NCBI GenBank assembly: GCA_046346795.1
Contig: JAXMHJ010000019.1
Coordinates: forward strand, 1,305 to 65,304
Length of the DNA: 64,000 bases
Reading direction: 5' to 3'
Source of the DNA: Kiritimatiellia bacterium
GTDB lineage: Bacteria > Verrucomicrobiota > Kiritimatiellia > SS1-B-03-39 > UBA6053
Every line of letters begins with the position of its first letter. Position 1 is the first letter of the stretch. A program made the position numbers and the translations under genes. The notes beneath the pieces are model-generated. The model had not been told where the DNA came from and did no database searches. It worked only from the letters and a program-made list of their open reading frames with translations. This document shows positions 35,706 through 46,229 of this stretch, one piece after another.

Positions 35706-38700
35706 GGCACGGTGTCCGGTCGCCTGTTCGGCGCGCGCAGCGACGCGGTCCAGTGGCGCGACGAGTGGCTTCAGGAAACGTGGATCACCGATCCCCTGCT
35801 GCGGCCGCGCCGGCGCATGGACAAGCTCACCGGCCTGGCCGGCTACGAGAGCCTGGGCCACTGGGTGCTGCCCGCGGACGCCGGCTGGCGGGTGGCGCTC
35901 CGCGGCTGGTTTGCGGAGCGGGCGCAGCCGGTGCTGGCGTTCCGGGCCGTCGGCAAGGGACAGCTCATCCTGAGCACCCAGCCCCTGGGCATCAGTCGGA
36001 ACCTGGAGGACGCCCGCTGGCAGCTCCATTCGTTCCTGGGCGTCACCAACCGGCTGGAGCAGGTGGCCGTGGTGGACCGTTCCGCGGGCCTGAGCGCCGG
36101 GGGCGCGGAGTTCTTGAACTTCGAGCAGCAGCCGGGCACGTACTACCTCGGGGTCGAGGAGCGTTATGAGTCGCAGCCGCAGTCGCGCATGCTGTTGAGG
36201 CGTTCCCTGCGCGTCGCGGACCGGCCGCTGGAGCCCGACGACACGCCCGCGCTGGCGAAGCGGGTTCCCCCGGGCGTCGAATCCGCCGCGAACCTGCTGC
36301 CCCGCGACGACCGGGACTGGCGGCGGATCCAGGTGGACGAGCCCGGCGTGCTGCAGGTGCAGGTGGGCAACGTTCCGGACAACCTCGATCCCGTGCTGGA
36401 GATCGGGCGGGCCGCGCCGCCGGCCGCGCCGCTGCGCGTGCTCTATCTGGAGGGCAACCCCGCGAACGGGATCGACGAGAGCCGCTACGAGGGCGTGGCC
36501 TTCACGCGGATCGATGCCGCGGCCCCCGGGGCGACCAACATTCTCGCCCGGCTCGACGAGCTCCAGATGCTGGTCATCGCCTCGCTGTCCGACGCCGCCC
36601 AGTTCGGATTGAACCGGAAGGCGGCCCACGAGAGGATCCGGGCCTTCGCGGAGCGCGGGGGAAAGGTGCTCGTGTGCGCGCCGCAGGGCGTCAGCTTCGC
36701 CGAGAACAGTCCCGCGATGGGCGGGGTGCTCGAGGCGTGGAGCAGCGAATGGGACGGGGGCGGCTGGCGGGCCTTGAACCTGACGGACGGGTTCGCCCCG
36801 CCCGGGCAGCACGGTCGCGGCTGGTGCTGCGGGAACGGCGCGAAATTCCCGCACGCCCTCACCTGGTCCTTCGGCGGCGTGGCGCGCGCGATCGACCGCA
36901 TGGTGGTCCACAACAACACCAACACGCAGGGGGCCCGGGCGCGCAGCCTGGAGCTGCTGGCGGGGGCCGACACCAACTCCCTGCGGCGGGTGGGCACCTT
37001 CACCGCCGCCGACACCGACGAGCGCCAGGAGTTTTCCTTCCCCGCCGTGAACTGCCGGGTGGTGCGCCTGCTGGTGAACACCAATTACGGCCACGCGGTG
37101 GAGACGCAGATGGGCGAGGTCCAGTTTTTCGGGCCGGAGTCCATCCCGGGCTTCCTCGGCATCCGCAACGACGGGGTTGCCTCGGGCGGAAATCTCGACA
37201 CCGTCCATCCGCTGCACTGGATCGTGCGCGGCCGGGCGGCCGGGGACGTCAACGGCTGGCCGGACTACGGGCGCGACGGCCGCTGGCTGGATCCGGAGGG
37301 CGCGGGCTTCCTGGACCTCTTCCCGGAGCACGGCGACCCCGCCCGCCGGACCGCCACCGCCCTGCGGCAGACCGGCGGCGGCTGGATCGCGGTGGACGCC
37401 CAGCGCCTGACCAGCCCCGCCAACCAGGCCGCCGCGGCCTGGAAGTGGCAGAACTATCTCGATGTCGCCTCCGGCCGGATCGGGGAATTCGACCGCACGC
37501 AGGACGGCGCGGACGGCGGCACCGAGACGGTGGTGCTGCCGACGCGCGGCGGGGAGGATTTCCTGGTCGGGATCTCCGACCAGGTCGCCAAGGACAACCT
37601 GGGCAACCAGTCCCCCGCGCCCTGGGTCTTCTCGAGCCTGTTCCGTCCCGCGGGCCTGGCGAACGAACCCAACGACACCTGGGAGTCGGCCACGCCCATG
37701 GTCCCGGGCGGAACCGTCCGCGACAATTTCTTCCCGGAGAACGACCACGACTGGTTCCGGTTCCCGGTGGAGCAGTCCGCCGATGTCGATGTCCGCCTCC
37801 TGGACGTGCCCTCCAGCGTGGATGCCGGGGTGGACATCTACCGGTACGAGGCCGGGATCGCGCCGCAGCGCGTTCTCTATCTGACCTGCCGCACCGACAC
37901 CGACCTGGACCGGCGGGACTACGGCCCCTTGCCGCTCCGTTTCACGCGGGTCGACGCCGGCACGCCCGGGGAGGCCTCCGCGTGGGATCTGCTGGACTCG
38001 TCCACGGTGGCCATCCTCGAAGGACTGGACGACCGCCATCGTTTCGGCATGGACCTGCCGGAGACCTACCGGAAGATCCAGCGGTTCGTGGAGCAGGGCG
38101 GCACCTTCATCCTGCTCGCGCCCGGCGCCTACTCCTACAGTGCGATCGGCCGGGGCGGCGGGGCGAAGCTGGCGGGCGCCTCCGAATCCATGAACGACTC
38201 CTACTGGGGGCCGCAAAACCTGGTGGACGGATACTGGGAGGAGGGGAACGGCCGGGGCGGCTGGTCCTCGCGCGAGGGAAGTCCCTTCCCGCACCGGGTC
38301 GTGTTCGAGACCGCGGGACCGACCCCGCCGACCCTCGACCGGCTGGTCGTTCACAACACCGCGCAGCGGCCCGAGCGGGCCGTGCGGGAGCTGGAAATCC
38401 AGTTCGCCGACCGGAACGAGGACGGCGCGTTCAAGTCGGCGGGCCGGTTCCAGTGCACCAACAGCACGGTGCGGCAGGAGTTCTCCTTCCCGCCCGCCGC
38501 ACCCCGGTTCATCAAGGTGCTCATGCTCTCGAACCACGGCGACAAGGAGGAGACGCAGTGCGGGGAGATCGAGTTTTTCGGACCCGGCGGGATGGAGGCG
38601 CCCTTCGGCGTCCCCCACTTCCGGGGCCTCGAGTCCGGTTCGCGGATCGCCGCCACCGATCCCGCGCACTGGATCGCCGCCCGGCGGGAGCAGGACGGGA

Positions 38701-40180
38701 ACGAATTCTGGTACGCGCGCTGGAACGGCCACTTCACCGGCTGGCGGGAGCAGGGTTTCCGCATGGTGTTCGCCAGCGGCGCCAACACCAACGACTTTGC
38801 GGTCACCCTGGCCCGGCCGGCCGGCAAGGGCTGGCTCGTGCTGGACAGCCAGGATCTGGGCAATCCCGAGAACGCGCAGCGCAACGAGTGGAAGCTGCTC
38901 AACTATTTCCGCATGCCGTCGACCCGGGTCGGACGCTACAACCAGACCACCCGCGACAACGCCCCGGGAGGCGCGGAGATCTTCCGGTTCCCGGCCTCGC
39001 CCGGGCCGTACTACGCCCATGTGACCGGCCTGCCCGCCGGCGCGTTCTCGGCGCAGCATTACCGGCTGTCGCTCGCGGCGCACCCCGTGGAGCGGGCCTT
39101 CGAGCCCAACGACACCGCCGCGCAGGCGACGCCGCTGCAGCCGGGCGTGGTCCACCGCGTCACCTTTTTCCCCGAGCGGGACGCGGACTGGTTCAAGGTG
39201 GACCTGCCCGCGGGCGCGCCGCTGGTCTTCGAGACGCTGCGCATCCCGGCGCGGATGTCCCTCCGCGTCCTGATCTATGCGGGAACCAACACGCAGGAAA
39301 CGGTCCAGACCTTCGGCTACCGCGGTCCGGGCGTGCCCGTCATGGGCCGGTTCGACCCGAAGGCCGGCGGGGTCCACTACCTGCGCCTGGTCGATGAGAA
39401 CGGCGAACGGCAGCCGTGCCTGGAGCCGCTGGAATTCCTGGTCCGCTACGCCGGCAAGGCCGCGCCGACCCCGCTGCGCGTTCTCGCGACCGCCCCGCCG
39501 GCGGAAAGCGCCGGCGTCTCGAGCAACGCCAGCTTCCGGGTGATGTTGTCGGCGCCGCTCGCGGCCGACGCCGTTCGCGCCGGCGCGCTGGCGGCGAAGG
39601 GTTCGCTTTCCGGCGAGGTGGCCGGCCGGGTGTCGGGCGATCCCGCCGCCGGCACCCTGGTCTTCACCCCGGAGAAGCCGTTCCGCCCCGGGGAGACCGC
39701 CACGATCACCCTGCCGGCGGGCCTCCGCGACGCCGCGGGCAACGCCCTGCCCGCCGCGTATTCGTGGCCAGTGGTGATCCGGACCGACGCGGCGCGGCAG
39801 ACGGAATGCGTCTTCCGCATCGAGCTGCAACCGCCCTCGCCGCTTCCACCCGGGTCCGCGCGCGTCACAATTTCACCATCCGTTCCGCTCCGCGCCCCGC
39901 CGGAAATCACCGCCGTCACCGACGCCGGCCGGAATCTCGCCCTCTCCGCGCCGGTGAAGGACGCCGCCGGCAACTGGTCGTGCACGATGACGGTGCCCGC
40001 GGGCCTTCCGCGCCAGTCGGTGCTGTTCGCCTGCACCGCCCTCGACCAGCAGGGCCGGCGCGCCCGCAAGATCGCGCAGGGCGCGCGCTGCGAGGTGGAC
40101 GGACAGCCCCCGCCCGCGCTGGAGGGCGTAACCGCACGGCCCGGACGCAACGGCAAGGCGGTGCTGTCGTGGCCGCGGCC
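35706..40180 (+). CDS. Intact in-frame segment of cistron D: split-PPC / GATase1-like / discoidin-like super-modules, a terminal PPC and the first Ig-like units
   Basis: This is part of ORF 34305..40688. It contains:
- EPND-type PPC openings (LEPDDTPALAKR at 36232, NEPNDTWESATP at 37663, FEPNDTAAQATP at 39100)
- two F5/8-type-C-like stretches (FPHALTWSF...IDRMVVHNNTN...RSLELL...QEFSFPAVNCRVVRLLV...GEVQFFGP, and the paralogous 38.2-38.6 kb copy). Confidence 0.75.
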
Positions 40181-40594
40181 GCTGGGGTGGACGACCTCGG
40201 CGGCTACGAGGTGTACCGGGCGGAGACGGCGGACGCGGCGCGAGGCCTCGACCCTGGCCGGCCGCCTCACCGGCGCCGACGTGCTCACCTGCGAGGATCC
40301 CACCCCGCGCGACGGCGTCTGGCACTACCGGGTCGCCCTGGTCGACCAGGCGGGCAACCGCGGCCCGCTCTCCGCGCCGGCGGCGGTGACGACCGACCGT
40401 GTTCCGCCGAAGGCCGCGGTGGCCGCGGTCACCGCCCGGGTCGTCCGCAAGCCCGGCATCGAACTCCAGTGGACCGCCGCGACCGGCGACGCCTTTGCGG
40501 GCTACAGTCTCTTCCGCGTACGGGAGGGCGAGCCCGCGCCAACGCCCGCCACCGCCGTGCCGTGGGCCGAGCCGGCGCCGGACGTGCTCTCGCC

Positions 40595-42035
40595 CAGATC
40601 GTGCCGGGGACGGAGGCCTACCGGTTCTACGTGGCCACGCACGACTCCGCGGGGAACATCGGCCCGCTCTCGCCGGCCGCGCCCGTAGTCCTCGACACCC
40701 GCCGCGCCCAGGCCCGCATCACCCTGGACAAGCCGTCCCCGCTCGGGGCGGGCACCTTCCAGGCGGCGATCCAGTTGAACGAACCCCTGGCCGCCGCGCT
40801 GGTCGCGAAGGTGCGCATGCCCGGCGGGGAGCTGCGCCCGCTGACCGTCCGCGCGCTCTCCGCGACCAACCAGACCGCGGCGCTGACCATCGCCGAGACC
40901 GACGCCGACGGATGGGCCTCGTTTGTGCTGGAGGGCGCGGACCGGTACGGCAACGAGGGGATCTACATCGAGGGCGGCGAGTCCTTCACCATCGACACCC
41001 GTCCGCCGCTGGCCAGCATCTATCCCAAGGCGGGCGCCTGGCTGGCCGCCGGGACCAACACGGTCACGGTGGATTTCAGCGAGGACGTGCGCGACCGGCC
41101 CGTGCTCCGCGCCGGCATGGCCGGGCGCACCAACGAGGTGTTTCTCGCCCGGGTGGAAGGGCGTCGCTATCTCGGGCTGGTCGTGCTGGACAAGTCGGCC
41201 CCCAACGGTCCGGTCGAGTTCTCCGTCGAGGCCGTTGATTCATTCGGTCACCGCGGCGGGCAGGTGGTGCGGGGCGGGCGCGCCGAGGTGGACACCGCCG
41301 CGCCGGACGCGCCCCTGTCCCCCGCGGCCGCGCCGGCGCCGGACAAGACCCTCGCGATCACCTGGCTGGCCTCCACGCGCGAACCGGTCGCCTTCTACCG
41401 GCTCTACGGCTTTTCCAACGCCACCACCCGCGTGCTGCTGCGGGATGAGATCCGCGACCTGCGCACGGCCATCAAGCCCGACCGGCCCGGCGCGCTGCTG
41501 CTCGCGGTCGCCGCCGTGGACCGCGCCGGGAATGAAAGCCCCCTCTCCGAGACGATCCGCGCCGAGTACGACCTCACGCCGCCGCCACCGCCCTCCGGGA
41601 CCACGGCGTCGGTGCTGCGCGACGGCCGGGTCAAGGTCGAATGGAAGGCCCCGGCTGTCGCCGAGCCCCTGTCCTACGCGGTCTGGCGCTCGACTACCCC
41701 GCTGGCCGGATCGACCAACCGGGTGAAGGTGGCCGTGACGAAGGACCTGTTCGTCCTCGACGAGCCGAAGACCTCCGCCGTCTTTCATTACGGGGTCACG
41801 GCCCTCGACGCGGCCGGCAACGAAAGCCCCTTCGCCGCCGCCGCGCCGCTGGATGTCGACACCCAGCCGCCGGTCGCAACCCTGACCCTGTCTCCGGTGG
41901 CGGGTACTCGTGCCTATTCCGAAAGCTACTATGTGCACTACGACATCCCGGTGCTGACCCTCCGGGAAGTCAACGTCACGCTCGACACCACCGAGCCGCT
42001 CGCGCAGAAGCCGCGGCTGCGCTACCGTTCCCGCG
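40595..42035 (+). CDS. Intact in-frame segment of cistron D: alternating Fn3-like and Ig-like units
   Basis: This is part of ORF 39416..43177. It shows recurrent YRFYVATHDSAGNIGPLS, LLLAVAAVDRAGNESPLS and FHYGVTALDAAGNESPFA motifs. These are separated by D(T)..PP.A.I......P units. Confidence 0.7.
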
Positions 42036-44571
42036 CGCACGATGTGCTCCGCCGACATTCCCCTCACCGGCCAGGGCATGCGCTGGAACGGCGCGCTGGT
42101 CCTCGGCGAGCGCGTGGACGACGGACTGCTGACCTTCCTGTTCGAGGGTGTCGATGGAAGGGCAACCGCGGGGTGGACATCGAGCGTGGCAAGGGCAACG
42201 TCGCCTGGGTGGACTCCGCACCGCCGGGGCCGGTCGCCACCCTCGTCGTGACGCCCCGTCCGCTGGGGAAGATGGAATGCGTCTGGCAGCCCCCGGCCGG
42301 GGAGGGCGCCGAGATCCTCACCTACTCGGTCTACCGTTCCCCGACGCCGTTCACCGCCGTCGCGGGCTCAAGCCGGTCGCCAGCCAGTTGCGCGAAACGT
42401 TTCACCGACAGTCCTCCTGCCGACGGCAACTACCACTACGCGGTGGTGGCCACGGATCAGGCGGGACTGAACGGCCGCCTGGCCGCAGCCGTGGCCGCGC
42501 GTTCCGACGGACGTCCGCCCGCGGCCCCGACGGGCGTGAAGGCCACCGTCCCCGAGAAATCCTGCTGGTCTGGGAAACCGCCGAAACCGAACCGCTCACC
42601 TGGCGCGTCCTCCGGGACGGCAAACCTCCTGGCGGACGGCCTCCTCGGGAAAATTCCACCGCGACATCCCCGAAAAGGACGGCGTGTACTCGTACACCGT
42701 CGTCGCGGTCGACGCTTGCCGCGGGCAACACCCAGGGGGGGCCTGGAATCGGAGGCGGTCAAGGTGGAGTTCACCAGCATGCTGCCGGCGGCCGACATCA
42801 CGATCGACCCGCCGTCTCCCGCCAAGTCCTCCTTCCGGGTGGTGGTGAAAACCCTCCTGTCCGCTCAAGGAAGCCCCGGACCTCTTCATCCGGTTCGCCC
42901 GCGGCGAGCCGGCCCGCGTGCCGCTCGCATCCGCCGACGGAAAGAAGGGCGAATGGGTGGGCAGCGTGGTGGTCGACGCCGGGACGCCGGACGGCCCCGC
43001 GGAGTTCCTGTTCCAGGCGGTCTCCGCCGAAGGCAAGCGCGGCGCCCGCATCCGCTCCGGGGCGCGGCTGGTGGTGGACACGCGGGCGCCGGCGGCCCGC
43101 ATCGCGCTGGATCCGCCCGCTCCTCTCCATTCGGGCCCGGTGCGCGTCACCCTGATCCCCGACGAGCCGCTTGGTGAAATGCCGGCCCTCCGCTCACCCT
43201 TCCGGGCGCGCCCCCGCGCGAGCTGGCACTGGCCGCGACGGGCGCGGTTTACGTCGCCCGTTTCGAGATCACCGACGCCGATACCGACGGCATCGCCACC
43301 TTCTCCTTCTCCGGCATCGACGCGGCCGGCAACGAGGGCGCGGCGCTTGCCGGGTCCACGTTTGTGATCGACCAACGTCCCCAAGCCGCCCGCGGGACTC
43401 AAGGCGGCGGCCGTGAAGGACGGGCAGGTCGAGCTGGGGCTGGCAGCCGCCCGTCTACGCCGCCAACGAGGTGTCGGACCAGCTCGCCGGCTTCCGGCCC
43501 GCCGCCTCCAGCCTCCGGTGACCACGCTCAAGGGTCTGACCCTGCTTGAAGCCCTCGTCACCCGCAACCCGTTCCAGACGCGGGTGCCGGCCGATGGTAA
43601 AACCTTCTTCGCCGTCACCCTGCGGGACACCGCCGGCCTGGAAAGCGCGCCTTCGAGAACGCCTCCGCGGTGATCGACCGGGTGCCGCCTGCCGCGCCCG
43701 CGCCTGCCCCTGCCGGTCGTGAAGGACGGGGTTGTCACCGTCACCTGGGACGCCGTGGACGACGCCGCGACGTACGCGGTCGAGATGCAGGCCCCGTCGG
43801 ACCCCGACTACCGGCCCGTCGCGGAAGGGTTGACCCGCGGGACGTCATGTCTTCCGTCCGCTGGAAGGGGGGCGCTACGCCATCCGGGTGACCGCCCTCG
43901 ACGCGCTGGGCCACCGCAGTCCTCCCATTCCCGCGGTTTCGAGCAGACCGCCCCGCTGGCCGCGATCCGCCCCGCCTCCAATCCGGTCGGCGCGGGCCGG
44001 CACAAGGAGACGACCCGTCCCCTGGTCGCCGCCGCGCCGAAACTCGCCTTCACCGACTCGCCGGAAAAGCGCAGCCCGTCACCACGACCGGCGAAGGGAA
44101 GAGTTGGACGGGCGAACTGGTGGTGGACGCGTCACTCGCCGCCGGGGAGGACATTTCAGCTACGAGGAACCACGCGCGACCAGGGAACTCCGGTGACGGC
44201 ACCGGCATCCTCGCGGGGGCGGCGCTGGCGCTGGACTTCACCCCCGCCCGCCGCCGCGATCATCTTGAGCGGTTCCGAGCCGGTGGTCGGCGAGAAGGCC
44301 CTGCTGAGCGCCGGCCGTCATGCGTTCCTGCTGCGCGCGACCGGAGCTGTTAGAGGCCGCCCCGGTTCTCACGTTCACCCCGCGCGGCGCGGCGGCGGAG
44401 CGCCCCGAGTTGATCCAGACCCGCCCCCGCGGAATGGACCGGGGTCATCCTCGTCACCACCAACGCCCTCCGGCGCGGCGGTCTTCGAGCTGGAGGCGGT
44501 GACCGGCAGGGCAACAGCGACGCCGTCACGGAGAACCGGGTCGTGGATATCGACGTCGATCCGCCCGCGCG

Positions 44572-46060
44572 TCGCCCAGATCCGCGCCGCGCCCCTGCCG
44601 GGCGGCCGCTGCCGCGTCGAGTGGACCGCCCCCTACGGCAGGGACGGCCGGCCGGACGCCCGGGCCAACACGTTCAACCTCTACCGCGCCGGGAGCGAGA
44701 TCGTGGACGCGACCGGGCTGGAGGTGTACCGGCGTCTCCAGCGCGTGCTGGGCTATGTCGACACCCCCACGGCCGACCGGACCTACCACTACGCCGTCGC
44801 CGCGGTGGACGAGGCGGGCAACGTCGGGCCGCTCTCCGGCAGCGCGAGCGCGGTGATCGACAAGACCGCCCCCGGGGTGCCCATGGACGTTCGCGCCACC
44901 GTGATGAGCAACGGCGTGGTCCATCTCGCCTGGACGCCTCCACCCGGGGAAAAGCCGCTGTTCTACAACGTGTACCTGGAGCAGAATCCCATCCTGGCCA
45001 CCGCCGGCCTGAGCCCCATGAACCGTGGCGTCACCTGGACCGAGATCTACGGCACGCCCAATCACGATGGGAAATACTATTTCGCGGTCACCGCCGTGGA
45101 CGCGGCGCTCAACGAGAGCGGCGCCAGTGAAAACGCCGGGATCGACTACAAGGCCATCCCGCCGATCGCCCGGTTCTTCCTGGAGCCGGACATCTGGCTG
45201 ACCGACGGGTCGTATCCCCTGCGGCTGGAGGTCACCAAGAAGCTGGTCGAATCCCCCTCCGTCGAGATCAACTCGGAGTCCGGCCGGCGCATCCCGCTGA
45301 GCTTTTCCGGCGGGGACGACCGGTGGAGCACCACGCTCAAGATCGACCCCTCCTTCCCCGAGGGCACCTATGGATTCATCTTCCGCGGGAGGGACGAGGC
45401 CGGCACCGTCGGGGACGAGATCGCCCGCGGCCCGCTGTTCCACGTGGACCGCACCGCGCCGCTGCCGCCCTCGGGACTGGTGGTGGAGCCCGACACCCGC
45501 GGCACGCCGGGCGCGGTGAAGCTCTCCTGGCACACGCCCAAGCGCGAGGGGCAGACCACCGAGGTGCCCATGCGGTACCACGTGTTCCGCAGTTCGCAGC
45601 CAATCACCTCCACGCGGGGCCTGCGTCCGGTTCAGGTGGTCGGGGTGAAGTTCGCCAACCTTGACGACTACGGTTGCCTCGACGTCCCGCCCGGCAACGG
45701 CACGTTCCACTACGCCGTCACCTCCCTCGATCTGGCCGGCAACGAATCCGCCCCCGGCGACAGCGCCCCCGTGTCGGTGCAGTCGGACGCCCCCCGCGGC
45801 TCCTTCTCCCTCTACCGCGTGCGGGGAACGGAGATCGTGCCCGCGAGCACGGACGCGCAGGGCGTGCCGGTGATCGGGCGCGGCAAGGCGCGGGTCCGGC
45901 TGGCCACCGCCGTCCCCCTCAAGGCCGCGCCCGCGGTCACCTGGCGGATCAAGCAGGAGGGGCGGAAGGCCCTCCCCGTCGTCATGCAGGGCAAGGGTTC
46001 CGAATGGTGGGGCGAGTTCGAGGTCGCGGAGAACCTGGAATCCGGCGAGGAGGCGGTGTT
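44572..46060 (+). CDS. Intact in-frame segment of cistron D: Fn3-like / Ig-like units
   Basis: This is part of ORF 43719..46157. It contains the motifs YHYAVAAVDEAGNVGPLS, YYFAVTAVDAALNESGAS and FHYAVTSLDLAGNESAPG. Confidence 0.7.
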
Positions 46061-46229
46061 CGCCTCTCGGCCACCGCCGCGACCGGGGCGGCCGGCAGCC
46101 ACATCAGCAAGGGCGAAACCTTCCTCGTCGACACGACCGGTTCGGCGGGGTGGATGATCGTCTCGTCCACCTTCAAGATGAAGGTCAACGTGAAGGCGCG
46201 CCTTGCAGACGCCTTCGTCCGCGCCTGCA

